Shown here piece after piece: positions 38,537-47,125 of a DNA stretch of 64,000 nucleotides. The stretch's first letter is position 1; every line of letters begins with the position of its first letter. The position numbers were made by a program, and so were the translations under genes. The stretch is taken from assembly GCA_963809665.1 (NCBI GenBank), contig CAWEKC010000001.1:222219-286218 (forward strand), given 5' to 3'. Source of the stretch: Candidatus Gottesmanbacteria bacterium (GTDB lineage Bacteria > Patescibacteriota > Microgenomatia > UBA10105 > UBA927). Under the pieces are notes generated by a model. The model had not been told where the DNA came from and did no database searches. It saw nothing but the letters and a program-made list of their open reading frames with translations.

Positions 38537-38540
38537 ACCA

Positions 38541-38939
38541 TCATTGTCTCACACGTGTGAGTCCTCCGTGAATACTTTTAAGTCCTTTGTGTAATTGTTT
38601 TAAACGGCGCTCACACCACTTGGCCAGCCAATGCCAGGAACTCTGGACGCTTTGTTTTAATCCCATTGCGATCTGGTCATCGGATAACGGTACTGTTACG
38701 GCCGGTGCCGTCGCGGGAATATTTTGCCCTGCAGGGCGTACTCCCAATTCGCCTATCTTCGGCGGGACAGGGAGTGACATGGGCTGTACTTTGACTCCCG
38801 ATGATGCTACTTCAGGTGACAACTCAGTTTCAACAGCCGTAGGACGGATTGGTGCTTCCGTTGCGGGGACGGCTTCCTGTTCCTTGTTTATTGATCCGCC
38901 AGCTGGCGGACTCCCCACGGGCAAAGGCAGGTCATTCAT
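38541..38939 (-). CDS. Hypothetical Pro-rich protein with a basic amphipathic C-terminus
   Basis: ORF with 4-nt and 12-nt gaps to its neighbours. No recognised domain. Confidence 0.3.
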   Translation of the reverse strand: MNDLPLPVGSPPAGGSINKEQEAVPATEAPIRPTAVETELSPEVASSGVKVQPMSLPVPPKIGELGVRPAGQNIPATAPAVTVPLSDDQIAMGLKQSVQSSWHWLAKWCERRLKQLHKGLKSIHGGLTRVRQ

Positions 38940-38951
38940 AGTCTTATCATA

Positions 38952-39452
38952 TCACGGATGGAGTATTTTTAACCTGGGGCGGAGTGCTTTTATCAGTGCG
39001 TAGCTTCCGAAAAATATCGTGACATACGAAAAATCTCCGAGAAGCGAATTCCTGAAAAACGGCAAGGCCATGATATAGGAATCCATTAAACCGGCCAGCG
39101 TCCCGGGGTACATGGATCCGGGCATGTACCAAACGGCAAAATTAGTCACGAGATAAAAAAGAATTGAAGAGGTGAACGTAACCCCTGCAATACGAAGTAC
39201 AGATTGTTTCCGCAGCAGCATCGTAGCCAGCAGTACTGAAAGAGCGATACTTCCATATGTTGCCCACATTACTGCATGGAAACCTAACACCGCGTCGGAA
39301 AGAAGCATTGTTGCAACTGTAATACCCAATGCTTTTCCGGCCCCGTATTTGCTGCCGGAAAAAACCGCCAGCGCACCGACGGCAGTGATGTTTGCAGGAT
39401 GCGGTGCAAGCCGTGAAAGTACACCGAGTATGATTAAAAGCACAGTGTCCAT
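38952..39452 (-). CDS. Small polytopic membrane protein, ECF-transporter S-component-like (candidate cobalamin-specific CbrT-type)
   Basis: About 6 TM helices and 166 aa, immediately downstream of a DUF4430 gene and a PduO gene in an nrdJ operon. Assigned by context, with weak sequence support. Confidence 0.45.
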   Translation of the reverse strand: MDTVLLIILGVLSRLAPHPANITAVGALAVFSGSKYGAGKALGITVATMLLSDAVLGFHAVMWATYGSIALSVLLATMLLRKQSVLRIAGVTFTSSILFYLVTNFAVWYMPGSMYPGTLAGLMDSYIMALPFFRNSLLGDFSYVTIFFGSYALIKALRPRLKILHP

Positions 39453-39453
39453 A

Positions 39454-39867
39454 TTATTCTATCGCGGGCGTGATATATTTCCACTCTACCGTATCCCCGG
39501 CATTGAGATTTTGCTTGTCCGCTGCAACGGTTCCTGATGTTCCGTTGACAAAATAAATCCAGGATTTTTCTTTTGTATTGGCAAACGTTCCTATTTGTTC
39601 GACATATACACCGAAATCGTATTGTTTAGTTTTCAGTTCAAGATTTTGTTTTTTGGCGGCTGTTGAAAGAGCCTGAAAGGCGTTTTGAGCTGTGACGCCT
39701 GAAATAGTGGCAACCGTCGTACCTGTATCGAGTGTCACTGATACCGACGGAGCTGTAGGTGTCGTGGTTGTTGTAGAAACACCGGGCGGTCGGATAAATA
39801 GGGTTTTCGGGGTAAAAATAAACAGCGCAGCAAGTATGATTGCTACAATAATGATGATTCGTTTCAT
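39454..39867 (-). CDS. Secreted/anchored DUF4430-like protein (predicted surface B12-binding component)
   Basis: N-terminal signal anchor, QYDFGVYVEQIGTFANTKEKSWIYFVNGTSGTVAADKQNLNAGDTVEWKY matches DUF4430 character. Confidence 0.5.
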   Translation of the reverse strand: MKRIIIIVAIILAALFIFTPKTLFIRPPGVSTTTTTPTAPSVSVTLDTGTTVATISGVTAQNAFQALSTAAKKQNLELKTKQYDFGVYVEQIGTFANTKEKSWIYFVNGTSGTVAADKQNLNAGDTVEWKYITPAIE

Positions 39868-39952
39868 AGTACCTCCTGCTCGGAATTAACAGCAAGGACG
39901 AGTTCCGGACTATAACCGTTGCGGCACAGCGTCTGATTTACACAGACTTCCT

Positions 39953-40462
39953 CTATTCCTTACTTTTTGGAATACCGGACCAAACCGTTTCCCTGACTTT
40001 TCCTTGCATATTTATAACCCTTGCACACGTAAATAGCAAGTCAGACAAACGGTTGAGATATTTGATAATGAGAGCGTCCGCATGGTTTTTTACCGCTAAG
40101 CGCTCAACGCGGCGGCAGACGGCGCGTGCAACATGCATCGCCGCTGCGCGGTCTGTGCCACCGGGCAAAATGAAATGTGTAAGGCGCGGGAGCTTTTGGT
40201 CCATTTCATTAATCCACACCTCCATCTCTTTAATTCTCGGCTCAACGGTTTCCAGATTTCCTTTCCACCCGGCAAGAAAACTTTCAATCGTACATAAATC
40301 CATCTGGATTTTCAGTAAACGTTGATCCTTAAAAAATCCTAACCAGCTGTTCAGTTCATCCAAAGCGCCATACAGTTCAACACGCGGATCGGATTTGGAA
40401 ACACGTTTCCCGCCAAAAAAAGAGGTTGTGCCGTCATCACCTGTGCGGGTATAAATTGGCAT
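39953..40462 (-). CDS. pduO: PduO-type ATP:cob(I)alamin adenosyltransferase
   Basis: MPIYTRTGDDGTTSFFGGKRVSKSDPRVELYGALDELNSWLGF is the canonical PduO/MMAB N-terminal signature. The start is moved to the Met at 40462 to remove the overlap with nrdJ. Confidence 0.8.
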   Translation of the reverse strand: MPIYTRTGDDGTTSFFGGKRVSKSDPRVELYGALDELNSWLGFFKDQRLLKIQMDLCTIESFLAGWKGNLETVEPRIKEMEVWINEMDQKLPRLTHFILPGGTDRAAAMHVARAVCRRVERLAVKNHADALIIKYLNRLSDLLFTCARVINMQGKVRETVWSGIPKSKE

Positions 40463-40472
40463 AAGCGGAATA

Positions 40473-42905
40473 TTAACACTCAGAGTAGCCGCAACTGTAG
40501 CACTTTTTGCAGGATTCTTCAAAAACCAAACTTGCTTCTCCGCACTTCGGACATAAATCAACCGTTACCATGCGTTTGGATGAGGCGACTGAGGCTTTTG
40601 ATTCTTCTGCCGCCGGTGCAAATACGGGAGTAGCCGGGACGGCAGATGTTAATTTTGCTACCGCCTCCTGAACCGTTGTGGTGCTTTGATGTCCGTTCCC
40701 GTTCCCGTTAGCTGTCAGCGGGGGCGCAACATCTACCCGGTGTTTCTGGAAAAATCCGAAATGTCGATCAATAACTTTTGCAATTGCATCGGGTAAACTC
40801 CGGACGCGGTTTTCTCCGAATCCTAAGGAACGCGCCCCGCCGATACCGATAAGCATCGAGGCAATTTTATGCGCCCGTTCCATCGGCGGAATGGGTGATG
40901 CCATGCGAAGCGTCAGGGAAATAATTTTCCCCAAGGCCTCCGCCATTGCTGTTACATCGCTGCCTGCTTTCCCGACACTGATAAACATTTCTACGGGTTG
41001 ATTACCTCCGTTGGTGTTAAGCGTCACATACGCGTCTCCGACCGGCGTCTCCACACGGTAGGTAGACCCGTGCAATACCATAGGCCGCGGTTTTACTTCC
41101 GGAGCCGCAAGCAACTGCTTCACTTCCTCAACTTTTTTCTCTTCCTTACGCGTCAGCACTCCTGCGCGGCTGCCCTCCCGCATATACGCGATACCTTTAC
41201 ACCCCTGTTCATATGCCAGCGTATACAGCCGTTTCACATCCTCAACCGTATGGGTGGCAGGGGCATTCACCGTTTTACTGATGGAGGCGTCCACATATTT
41301 TTGAATGGCCGCCTGCACGTAGACGTGGTCTTCCGGTGATAAATCATTGGCGGAGACAAACCACGCGGGGCGGTCTGTCCGGGTCGGCTCCCTCCCGTGG
41401 GTTTTTTTGAATTCTTCAAACCAGGCGTCATATAACGGGTGCCGTAATGTATGTTCACCAAGCCGGTCCCGCCGGATAAACTCAAATTCAAACACGGGTT
41501 CTATACCGCTTGAAACCCCGGCCATCAGTGACGTACTGCCTGTCGGCGCCTGCTGCAAAATAAGAGAATTGCGGATGCCATATTTTCTAATGCCTTTACG
41601 GACTGACTCCGGTAATTGTTTGATGAAGTATGCATCTAAATGTTTTTTAATCTGAATTTTGGGGAACGCACCTTTCTCCTTGGCAATTTCCACTGATGCT
41701 TCATATGCCGCATCCCTGATGGTTTTGTAAATTTTGTCAATCACGGGAAGGCTTTCTTTGCTTCCGTAGCGGAGTTTCATTTTAATAAGCGCATCACCCA
41801 ACCCCATGGTCCCCAAACCGATCCGCCGCTCCCCATGCTTTTGCACTTTACGGATTTCATCAAAGACATAAAAATCCGCGTCAATCACATCGTCCTGGAA
41901 CCGTACGCCGGTTTTGGCAATATCTGCCAATCTTACAAAATCCATTTCTCCCTTCTCATTGACAAGCGCTGCTAAATTTACCGAACAGAGGTTGCACACA
42001 CCCCAACTCGGAAGCCCTTCCTCGCCGCACGGATTGACGCAGTTCACATGCTCGTAATACGAATTATTAAACCACTTATTATACCGCTCCATGAACACTA
42101 CGCCCGGCTCGGCAGACTTCCACGCCGCGGTGGCAATAAGATCCCACAGTGCCCGGGCTTTGAGAGTTTTTTGAACAATGACCTTTTTTCCCAGTTTAAT
42201 CCAGTTGGGCAAATACCCGTCCCATTTCGTGTCGTACTCCGGATCCGTTTTATCGGGGAATACCAAATTCCAATCTTCGTCATTCCTCACCGCTTCCATA
42301 AACGCGTCCGAAACACATACCGAAAGATTCGCCCCGTTAATCCGGGACAGATCCTGTTTCACGGTGATAAACTCTTCGATATCCGGATGCCAGTCCCAGA
42401 GCATAAGCATAAGTGCCCCGCGCCGTGAGCCGCCCTGCTGGATAATATCTTTGGTGGCTACACTGAAAAGTTCCGCCCAATTACACGGACCGGAAGAAAA
42501 ACCGTTTACCTTGCTCACCCGTGCCCCGCGGGGCCGGAGACTCGAAAGGTTGATACCCACGCCGCCCCCGCGCGACATAATTTCCACCATCTGTGAAAGA
42601 GACTTGAGAATCCCGCCGCGTGAATCGTGCGGACTGGGTATGACAAAACAATTATAAAACGTTACCTTATATCCGGTCCCTGCTCCGGAAAGAATCCTGC
42701 CGCCCGGAACAAAAACAAAATCCTGCATGGCAGAATAGAATTTTTCTTCCCATGCCGCGCGGTCTTTTTTGTGTTCGGTCTGGGCTATCGCATGAGATAC
42801 CCGCCGCCACATTGCTTCCGGCGCGTCCTCAACCGGTTTCCCCGATTTGTCTTTGAGGGCATATCTGTCTAAAAATACAGTATTACGGATGCCGGTAAGT
42901 TCCAT
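40473..42905 (-). CDS. nrdJ: Class II (adenosylcobalamin-dependent) ribonucleotide reductase
   Basis: Contains the catalytic-region motif CNLCSVNLAALV (active-site Cys), and a C-terminal Zn ribbon CPKCGEASLVFEESCKKCYSCGYSEC. Confidence 0.9.
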   Translation of the reverse strand: MELTGIRNTVFLDRYALKDKSGKPVEDAPEAMWRRVSHAIAQTEHKKDRAAWEEKFYSAMQDFVFVPGGRILSGAGTGYKVTFYNCFVIPSPHDSRGGILKSLSQMVEIMSRGGGVGINLSSLRPRGARVSKVNGFSSGPCNWAELFSVATKDIIQQGGSRRGALMLMLWDWHPDIEEFITVKQDLSRINGANLSVCVSDAFMEAVRNDEDWNLVFPDKTDPEYDTKWDGYLPNWIKLGKKVIVQKTLKARALWDLIATAAWKSAEPGVVFMERYNKWFNNSYYEHVNCVNPCGEEGLPSWGVCNLCSVNLAALVNEKGEMDFVRLADIAKTGVRFQDDVIDADFYVFDEIRKVQKHGERRIGLGTMGLGDALIKMKLRYGSKESLPVIDKIYKTIRDAAYEASVEIAKEKGAFPKIQIKKHLDAYFIKQLPESVRKGIRKYGIRNSLILQQAPTGSTSLMAGVSSGIEPVFEFEFIRRDRLGEHTLRHPLYDAWFEEFKKTHGREPTRTDRPAWFVSANDLSPEDHVYVQAAIQKYVDASISKTVNAPATHTVEDVKRLYTLAYEQGCKGIAYMREGSRAGVLTRKEEKKVEEVKQLLAAPEVKPRPMVLHGSTYRVETPVGDAYVTLNTNGGNQPVEMFISVGKAGSDVTAMAEALGKIISLTLRMASPIPPMERAHKIASMLIGIGGARSLGFGENRVRSLPDAIAKVIDRHFGFFQKHRVDVAPPLTANGNGNGHQSTTTVQEAVAKLTSAVPATPVFAPAAEESKASVASSKRMVTVDLCPKCGEASLVFEESCKKCYSCGYSEC

Positions 42906-42911
42906 AAATTT

Positions 42912-43358
42912 TTATAACAATTTTTTTAATTCCTTATCAAAATCTTCTATATCAACGAATTGTCTGAATACGCTTGCAAACCGGATGTATGCAAGTTTGT
43001 CTAATTTTTTCAGCCGTCTGGCTACCAATTCTCCGATTTTTTTACTTGGCACTTCCGTCGTATCGCCTGCAATCAATTCCCTTTCTACCTCATCGACAAT
43101 CCTATCTACGTCTGCTGCTTTGATGGTCGTTTTTCCGCTTGCCCGCCAGATGCCGCGTTTCAGTTTTTCCCTGTCAAATGTTTCCCGCCGTTCATCTTTT
43201 TTAATGACGGTGATCGGTACCGATTCCACCCGCTCGTATGTCGTGAAGCGCTTCTCACACTTAGTGCACGTACGCCTGCGCCTCGTCACTGACAAGTCCT
43301 CATTGTCCCGAGTCTCTATGACATCTGTATTTTCAAACCCGCAATATGGACACTTCAT
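42912..43358 (-). CDS. nrdR: Transcriptional repressor NrdR
   Basis: MKCPYCGFENTDVIETRDNEDLSVTRRRRTCTKCEKRFTTYE (Zn ribbon), followed by an ATP-cone. Confidence 0.9.
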   Translation of the reverse strand: MKCPYCGFENTDVIETRDNEDLSVTRRRRTCTKCEKRFTTYERVESVPITVIKKDERRETFDREKLKRGIWRASGKTTIKAADVDRIVDEVERELIAGDTTEVPSKKIGELVARRLKKLDKLAYIRFASVFRQFVDIEDFDKELKKLL

Positions 43359-43474
43359 TTTTGTATGTCGGACTTCTCAATATATACGTTTTTGTGAGGT
43401 TTTCAAGACCCAAATTTGCCTCTAGCTATATTTCACGAATGAAATATAAAACGCTATCTGTGGTGCTTAAAATT

Positions 43475-43503
43475 ATACTAAGACACTAAATGGAGGGCGT
43501 CAA
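43475..43503 (-). promoter_or_regulatory. Candidate promoter TTGACG-17-TAGTAT for the nrdR-nrdJ-B12 operon. An AT-rich palindromic stretch (ACGTATATATTGAG, 43376-43391) lies in the 5'UTR and is a possible NrdR box
   Basis: Hexamers read on the minus strand. The NrdR-box assignment is weak, since no clean 16-bp palindrome is present. Confidence 0.3.
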
Positions 43504-43636
43504 CTAGCAACTTCTATATCAGAAATATGCAATATTTTTCTTTGAAGCTACTGGGGATTCAATGAGGAAAATGTACGGGAAATTATCGGGGTCATACGTA
43601 CCCTATACTTTCGGCGCAGACGTTTTGTGTTCAACG

Positions 43637-44188
43637 TTACTTCAATTTCGAGAGGTCTGCCTGAAGTTTCGTCACCAAATCCAAAGATCCGGTGAGGCCC
43701 TGCTTCAACGCAGCGTCGGTGGTAGTTTGTATCTGCATCGTGATCACCTCTGCGTGTTTAGCAAGCGATAAGGTCAGGTGGTCAATGATATATACCGGAA
43801 CACTTTGCCCCTGCGCTTTAAGGGCAAGAAGAGTTGCCACCGCATTGTTCATATACTTCTCCCCTTTGGAGATGGTTTGTTCTGAAAGAACTCCGTTCCC
43901 GCTGGCGCCCAGCATGATTCCCATTGCTACACGTTTGTCTCCCTGCAGAATGTAAAATTCTGCTTTCTTTACCGGATCCACAATCAGCTTGTCAAGAATC
44001 CAGTCCCTGACTTGTTTAAGAACATACAGCGGATTATTGGGCAACATGCCCGGATACGGGAGTTCGTACTTAACGGGTGCGGGTGTGGGCGTTGGTGACA
44101 AGCTTGGCTCACCGGCTGCTGTAGAGGTTGCGGCAAAAACCATGGCCGGAAAAAGAAGCGTTATAAAAAACAAAACAATATTTTTCAT
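43637..44188 (-). CDS. Secreted hypothetical protein (signal peptide)
   Basis: MKNIVLFFITLLFPAMVFAATSTAAG is a signal peptide. No domain recognised. Confidence 0.35.
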   Translation of the reverse strand: MKNIVLFFITLLFPAMVFAATSTAAGEPSLSPTPTPAPVKYELPYPGMLPNNPLYVLKQVRDWILDKLIVDPVKKAEFYILQGDKRVAMGIMLGASGNGVLSEQTISKGEKYMNNAVATLLALKAQGQSVPVYIIDHLTLSLAKHAEVITMQIQTTTDAALKQGLTGSLDLVTKLQADLSKLK

Positions 44189-44715
44189 AGTGGTACCTCG
44201 GTCTTTAGTATATCATCAAGCGATATTCTTGCAAGTCTGAACACTTCTTGTTCCAAATCCTTTACTTTCGGGTAGCTTCTATCCAAAATGTTCTGCTCTT
44301 GCGCCGGCAGCTTTTCAGCATTCCACAGGGCAAACCGTTTATCAACGCCGACTATATCATACTTGACCATCTTATCCGCAAGAAATAAGAGCTTCTGTTC
44401 CCAGGTTTTGGGGGCGATTGCAGGATCTAAAATCGCGTGCAACGGATGGGTCACAACCACATCCGCCACCTCATGCATCCCCTCTTCCCGAAGGAGCCGT
44501 ACTGCGGTATCGGGGTGCCGTTCCCCGGGAAACTTTGGAACTGCTTTATCGATATCATGAAGAAGTGCGGCGGCATGTAGAAGCTTTTTATCTACCTGAA
44601 ATTTTGATGCAAAATACATCGCAACTCCTGCCACCAGTTTCACATGGATTCGTTTGGCATCGGGCAACGTGTACTTCTCCCATAATGCTAATACCTGACT
44701 TTTAGTCGGAATCAT
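44185..44715 (-). CDS. HD-domain phosphohydrolase
   Basis: The H...HD motif (AALLHDIDK) and a downstream metal-ligand His or Asp. Confidence 0.6.
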   Translation of the reverse strand: MIPTKSQVLALWEKYTLPDAKRIHVKLVAGVAMYFASKFQVDKKLLHAAALLHDIDKAVPKFPGERHPDTAVRLLREEGMHEVADVVVTHPLHAILDPAIAPKTWEQKLLFLADKMVKYDIVGVDKRFALWNAEKLPAQEQNILDRSYPKVKDLEQEVFRLARISLDDILKTEVPL

Positions 44716-44718
44716 ACA

Positions 44719-45930
44719 ATGTATTATAATATATCAGCAATGATGAAGCCGGCAAAAAAGAACATATTTTCCAATGTTTTTTCCATCGGATTATTAAGTT
44801 TTTTCGGGGGCATCAGTCAGGATATTTTTGTCCCGGTACTTCCGTTGTATCTTGCGAATGTTTTGCATTTTGACAAAGCATTTATCGGTCTCACAGAAGG
44901 ATTGGTTACCAGTAGTGCGAGCATCTTTAGGATTGTTGCCGGCTATCTGTCGGATAAATTGAGGAAAAATAAACCCATTGTGTTTGCCGGATATTTCCTG
45001 TCCTTCGTCAGCCGCCCGCTCTTGGCCCTCACGACATCGGGAATCGGAGTTGCGGGCTTGCGGTTTCTGGACGGCGTCGGAAAAGGGGTGAAGGATTCTC
45101 CGAAAGATGCGCTCATTGCCGAGTCCACACAGGCCGCCTCCCGCGGAAAAGGTTTCGGTGTTGTTCGGGCACTGGATACACTCGGGTCAGTGGCCGGTCC
45201 CTTAATTCTTTTTGCCCTCTTATACGTATTAAAAAATAATACGCTCAAATATCATTACATCTTCTTTATTGCCGCCATTCCGCTGATCTTCACATTGAGC
45301 ATCTTATCTTTTTTTGTCAAAGAAGCTCCGGTGCAAAAACCGGAAGTATTTGAAAACGTGCAGAAATTACCAAAAAGGTTTTTTTTGTTTCTGGCCATCG
45401 TCCTTATATTTTCCCTGGGGAATTCATCGGACACGTTCCTCATTTTGAGATCCCAGAATTTGGGCGTCAGCCTTCTTGGTATACCTCTCGTCTACGCATT
45501 ATTTAACGCCGTCTATGCGGCGGCATCCATTCCTTTGGGGAGTCTCTCGGATAAAATCGGGCGGGAAAAAGTCATTTTCATCGGATGGTTTTTTTACGCG
45601 CTCTCCTATGCGGGATTCGGATTGGCGAATAAAAGCTATCAGGCCTGGCTGTTGTTTGCGCTGTACGGAATTTATTATGCAACGACGGAAGGTGTCGTTA
45701 AGGCATATATCGCCGACCAGGTGGCATCGGGACACAGAGGAAAAGCGTATGGATTATATAATTCATTGGTCGGGCTTATCACGCTGCCTGCAAGTTTTAT
45801 TGCCGGGTTTTTGTGGGATAAAATCTCCCCCGCCGCGCCGTTCTATTTTTCTGCGGGAGTTGCGCTCTTTGCAGTAGTATTACTTTTTATCTATACCCGT
45901 GTCGTTAACCCCGCGAAACAGGTCGGTTGA
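44719..45930 (+). CDS. MFS transporter
   Basis: Twelve TM helices and the MFS signature GYLSDKLRKNKP. Confidence 0.6.
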   Translation: MYYNISAMMKPAKKNIFSNVFSIGLLSFFGGISQDIFVPVLPLYLANVLHFDKAFIGLTEGLVTSSASIFRIVAGYLSDKLRKNKPIVFAGYFLSFVSRPLLALTTSGIGVAGLRFLDGVGKGVKDSPKDALIAESTQAASRGKGFGVVRALDTLGSVAGPLILFALLYVLKNNTLKYHYIFFIAAIPLIFTLSILSFFVKEAPVQKPEVFENVQKLPKRFFLFLAIVLIFSLGNSSDTFLILRSQNLGVSLLGIPLVYALFNAVYAAASIPLGSLSDKIGREKVIFIGWFFYALSYAGFGLANKSYQAWLLFALYGIYYATTEGVVKAYIADQVASGHRGKAYGLYNSLVGLITLPASFIAGFLWDKISPAAPFYFSAGVALFAVVLLFIYTRVVNPAKQVG

Positions 45931-46510
45931 CGCCGAAGTACCCGAGCGCCTGGAGAACGAGATCGAGGGTTTCCAGAGGTCCGTGCGAGTACGTGTTGAT
46001 AACGAGGTCGTAATATTTCGGATCCCAGAAATCCGTGACGCCGTACATCCGTTTCCATTTGGCTAAGTTTTTTTCTTCACGCTGGCGCAAATGCTGTTTT
46101 GCCTGATCTACGGAAATGGTATCGCGGTTGACTACCCGATCGATCCGCAGCGCCTCGTCACACATGAGAAGAACTTTCAGCACATGCGGCAACCCCCGCA
46201 TATTCCATCCTGCTATCCATGACTCTACTGCCACATGAATTTTAGGGTTGCTGAGTTTTTCGCGCATCGCTGCGTCTATCTGATGATCAACCTCATCCCC
46301 GTAATCCGTTGCAAAATGATGCGTGATGTCGCCGGCTTTATGTTTACCGGTTTTAATGGCAAATTGTCTCGCCCAATCTCCTCCGGAAAATATTTCCCAC
46401 CCGAGAGGTTCGACAATAGGTTTTAAATTTTTAAGAAGTGTCGAACGGCCTGCTCCCGGTCTTCCGGAAATTGCAATACTGGAATATTTAAGGATTTTTC
46501 CTTGACCCAT
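45905..46510 (-). CDS. P-loop nucleoside/nucleotide kinase (cytidylate-kinase-like)
   Basis: IAISGRPGAGRSTLLKNL is a Walker A; about 200 aa. Family-level call only. Confidence 0.45.
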   Translation of the reverse strand: MGQGKILKYSSIAISGRPGAGRSTLLKNLKPIVEPLGWEIFSGGDWARQFAIKTGKHKAGDITHHFATDYGDEVDHQIDAAMREKLSNPKIHVAVESWIAGWNMRGLPHVLKVLLMCDEALRIDRVVNRDTISVDQAKQHLRQREEKNLAKWKRMYGVTDFWDPKYYDLVINTYSHGPLETLDLVLQALGYFGVNRPVSRG

Positions 46511-46534
46511 GGACTGATTATAGTATAATTAACC

Positions 46535-47125
46535 ATGGCTATCCACTATCTCCCCGTCTCCTGGAAAAACTACCACATAACCGCACGAAAGCTTGCCACG
46601 AGCATCCTCACTCATAATAAATCAATTGATCAAATCGTAGCAATTTCCCGCGGAGGGCTGACGCTGGGACATCTTCTGGCTGATTTACTCCGGGTGCCCA
46701 TCTCGGTTATTTCCATCCAAAGTTACACGGATATTCAGACAAGCGGCGAAGCGGTATTAACCGCAAAACTACAAAACCCGATTAAACATAAACATATTCT
46801 TCTGGTGGATGACGTTTCGGACTCGGGAAAAACACTCCTCCGGGCAATACGGTATTTAACCCGAGCAGGCGCAAAAAAAGTTACCACTGTTACGATGTTT
46901 TTCAAACCGCGCTCGGTGTACCGGCCGGATTATTTTGCCCGGCAAACGACTAAATGGATTCTTTTCCCGTACGAGCCGACGGAGATGATCCTTCTTATTA
47001 CGAAACACATGCAGGAAACCGGTGCATCCAAAGCAGATATCCAGAAATTCCTGCAAAAACTTGACTATACCGAAGATCAAATCGGTTTTGTCCGGCAGCA
47101 CTATCCGGCCGACGCCAGCGTATGA
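46535..47125 (+). CDS. Purine phosphoribosyltransferase (Hpt/Xpt type)
   Basis: The PRPP-binding motif ILLVDDVSDSGKTL. Confidence 0.7.
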   Translation: MAIHYLPVSWKNYHITARKLATSILTHNKSIDQIVAISRGGLTLGHLLADLLRVPISVISIQSYTDIQTSGEAVLTAKLQNPIKHKHILLVDDVSDSGKTLLRAIRYLTRAGAKKVTTVTMFFKPRSVYRPDYFARQTTKWILFPYEPTEMILLITKHMQETGASKADIQKFLQKLDYTEDQIGFVRQHYPADASV

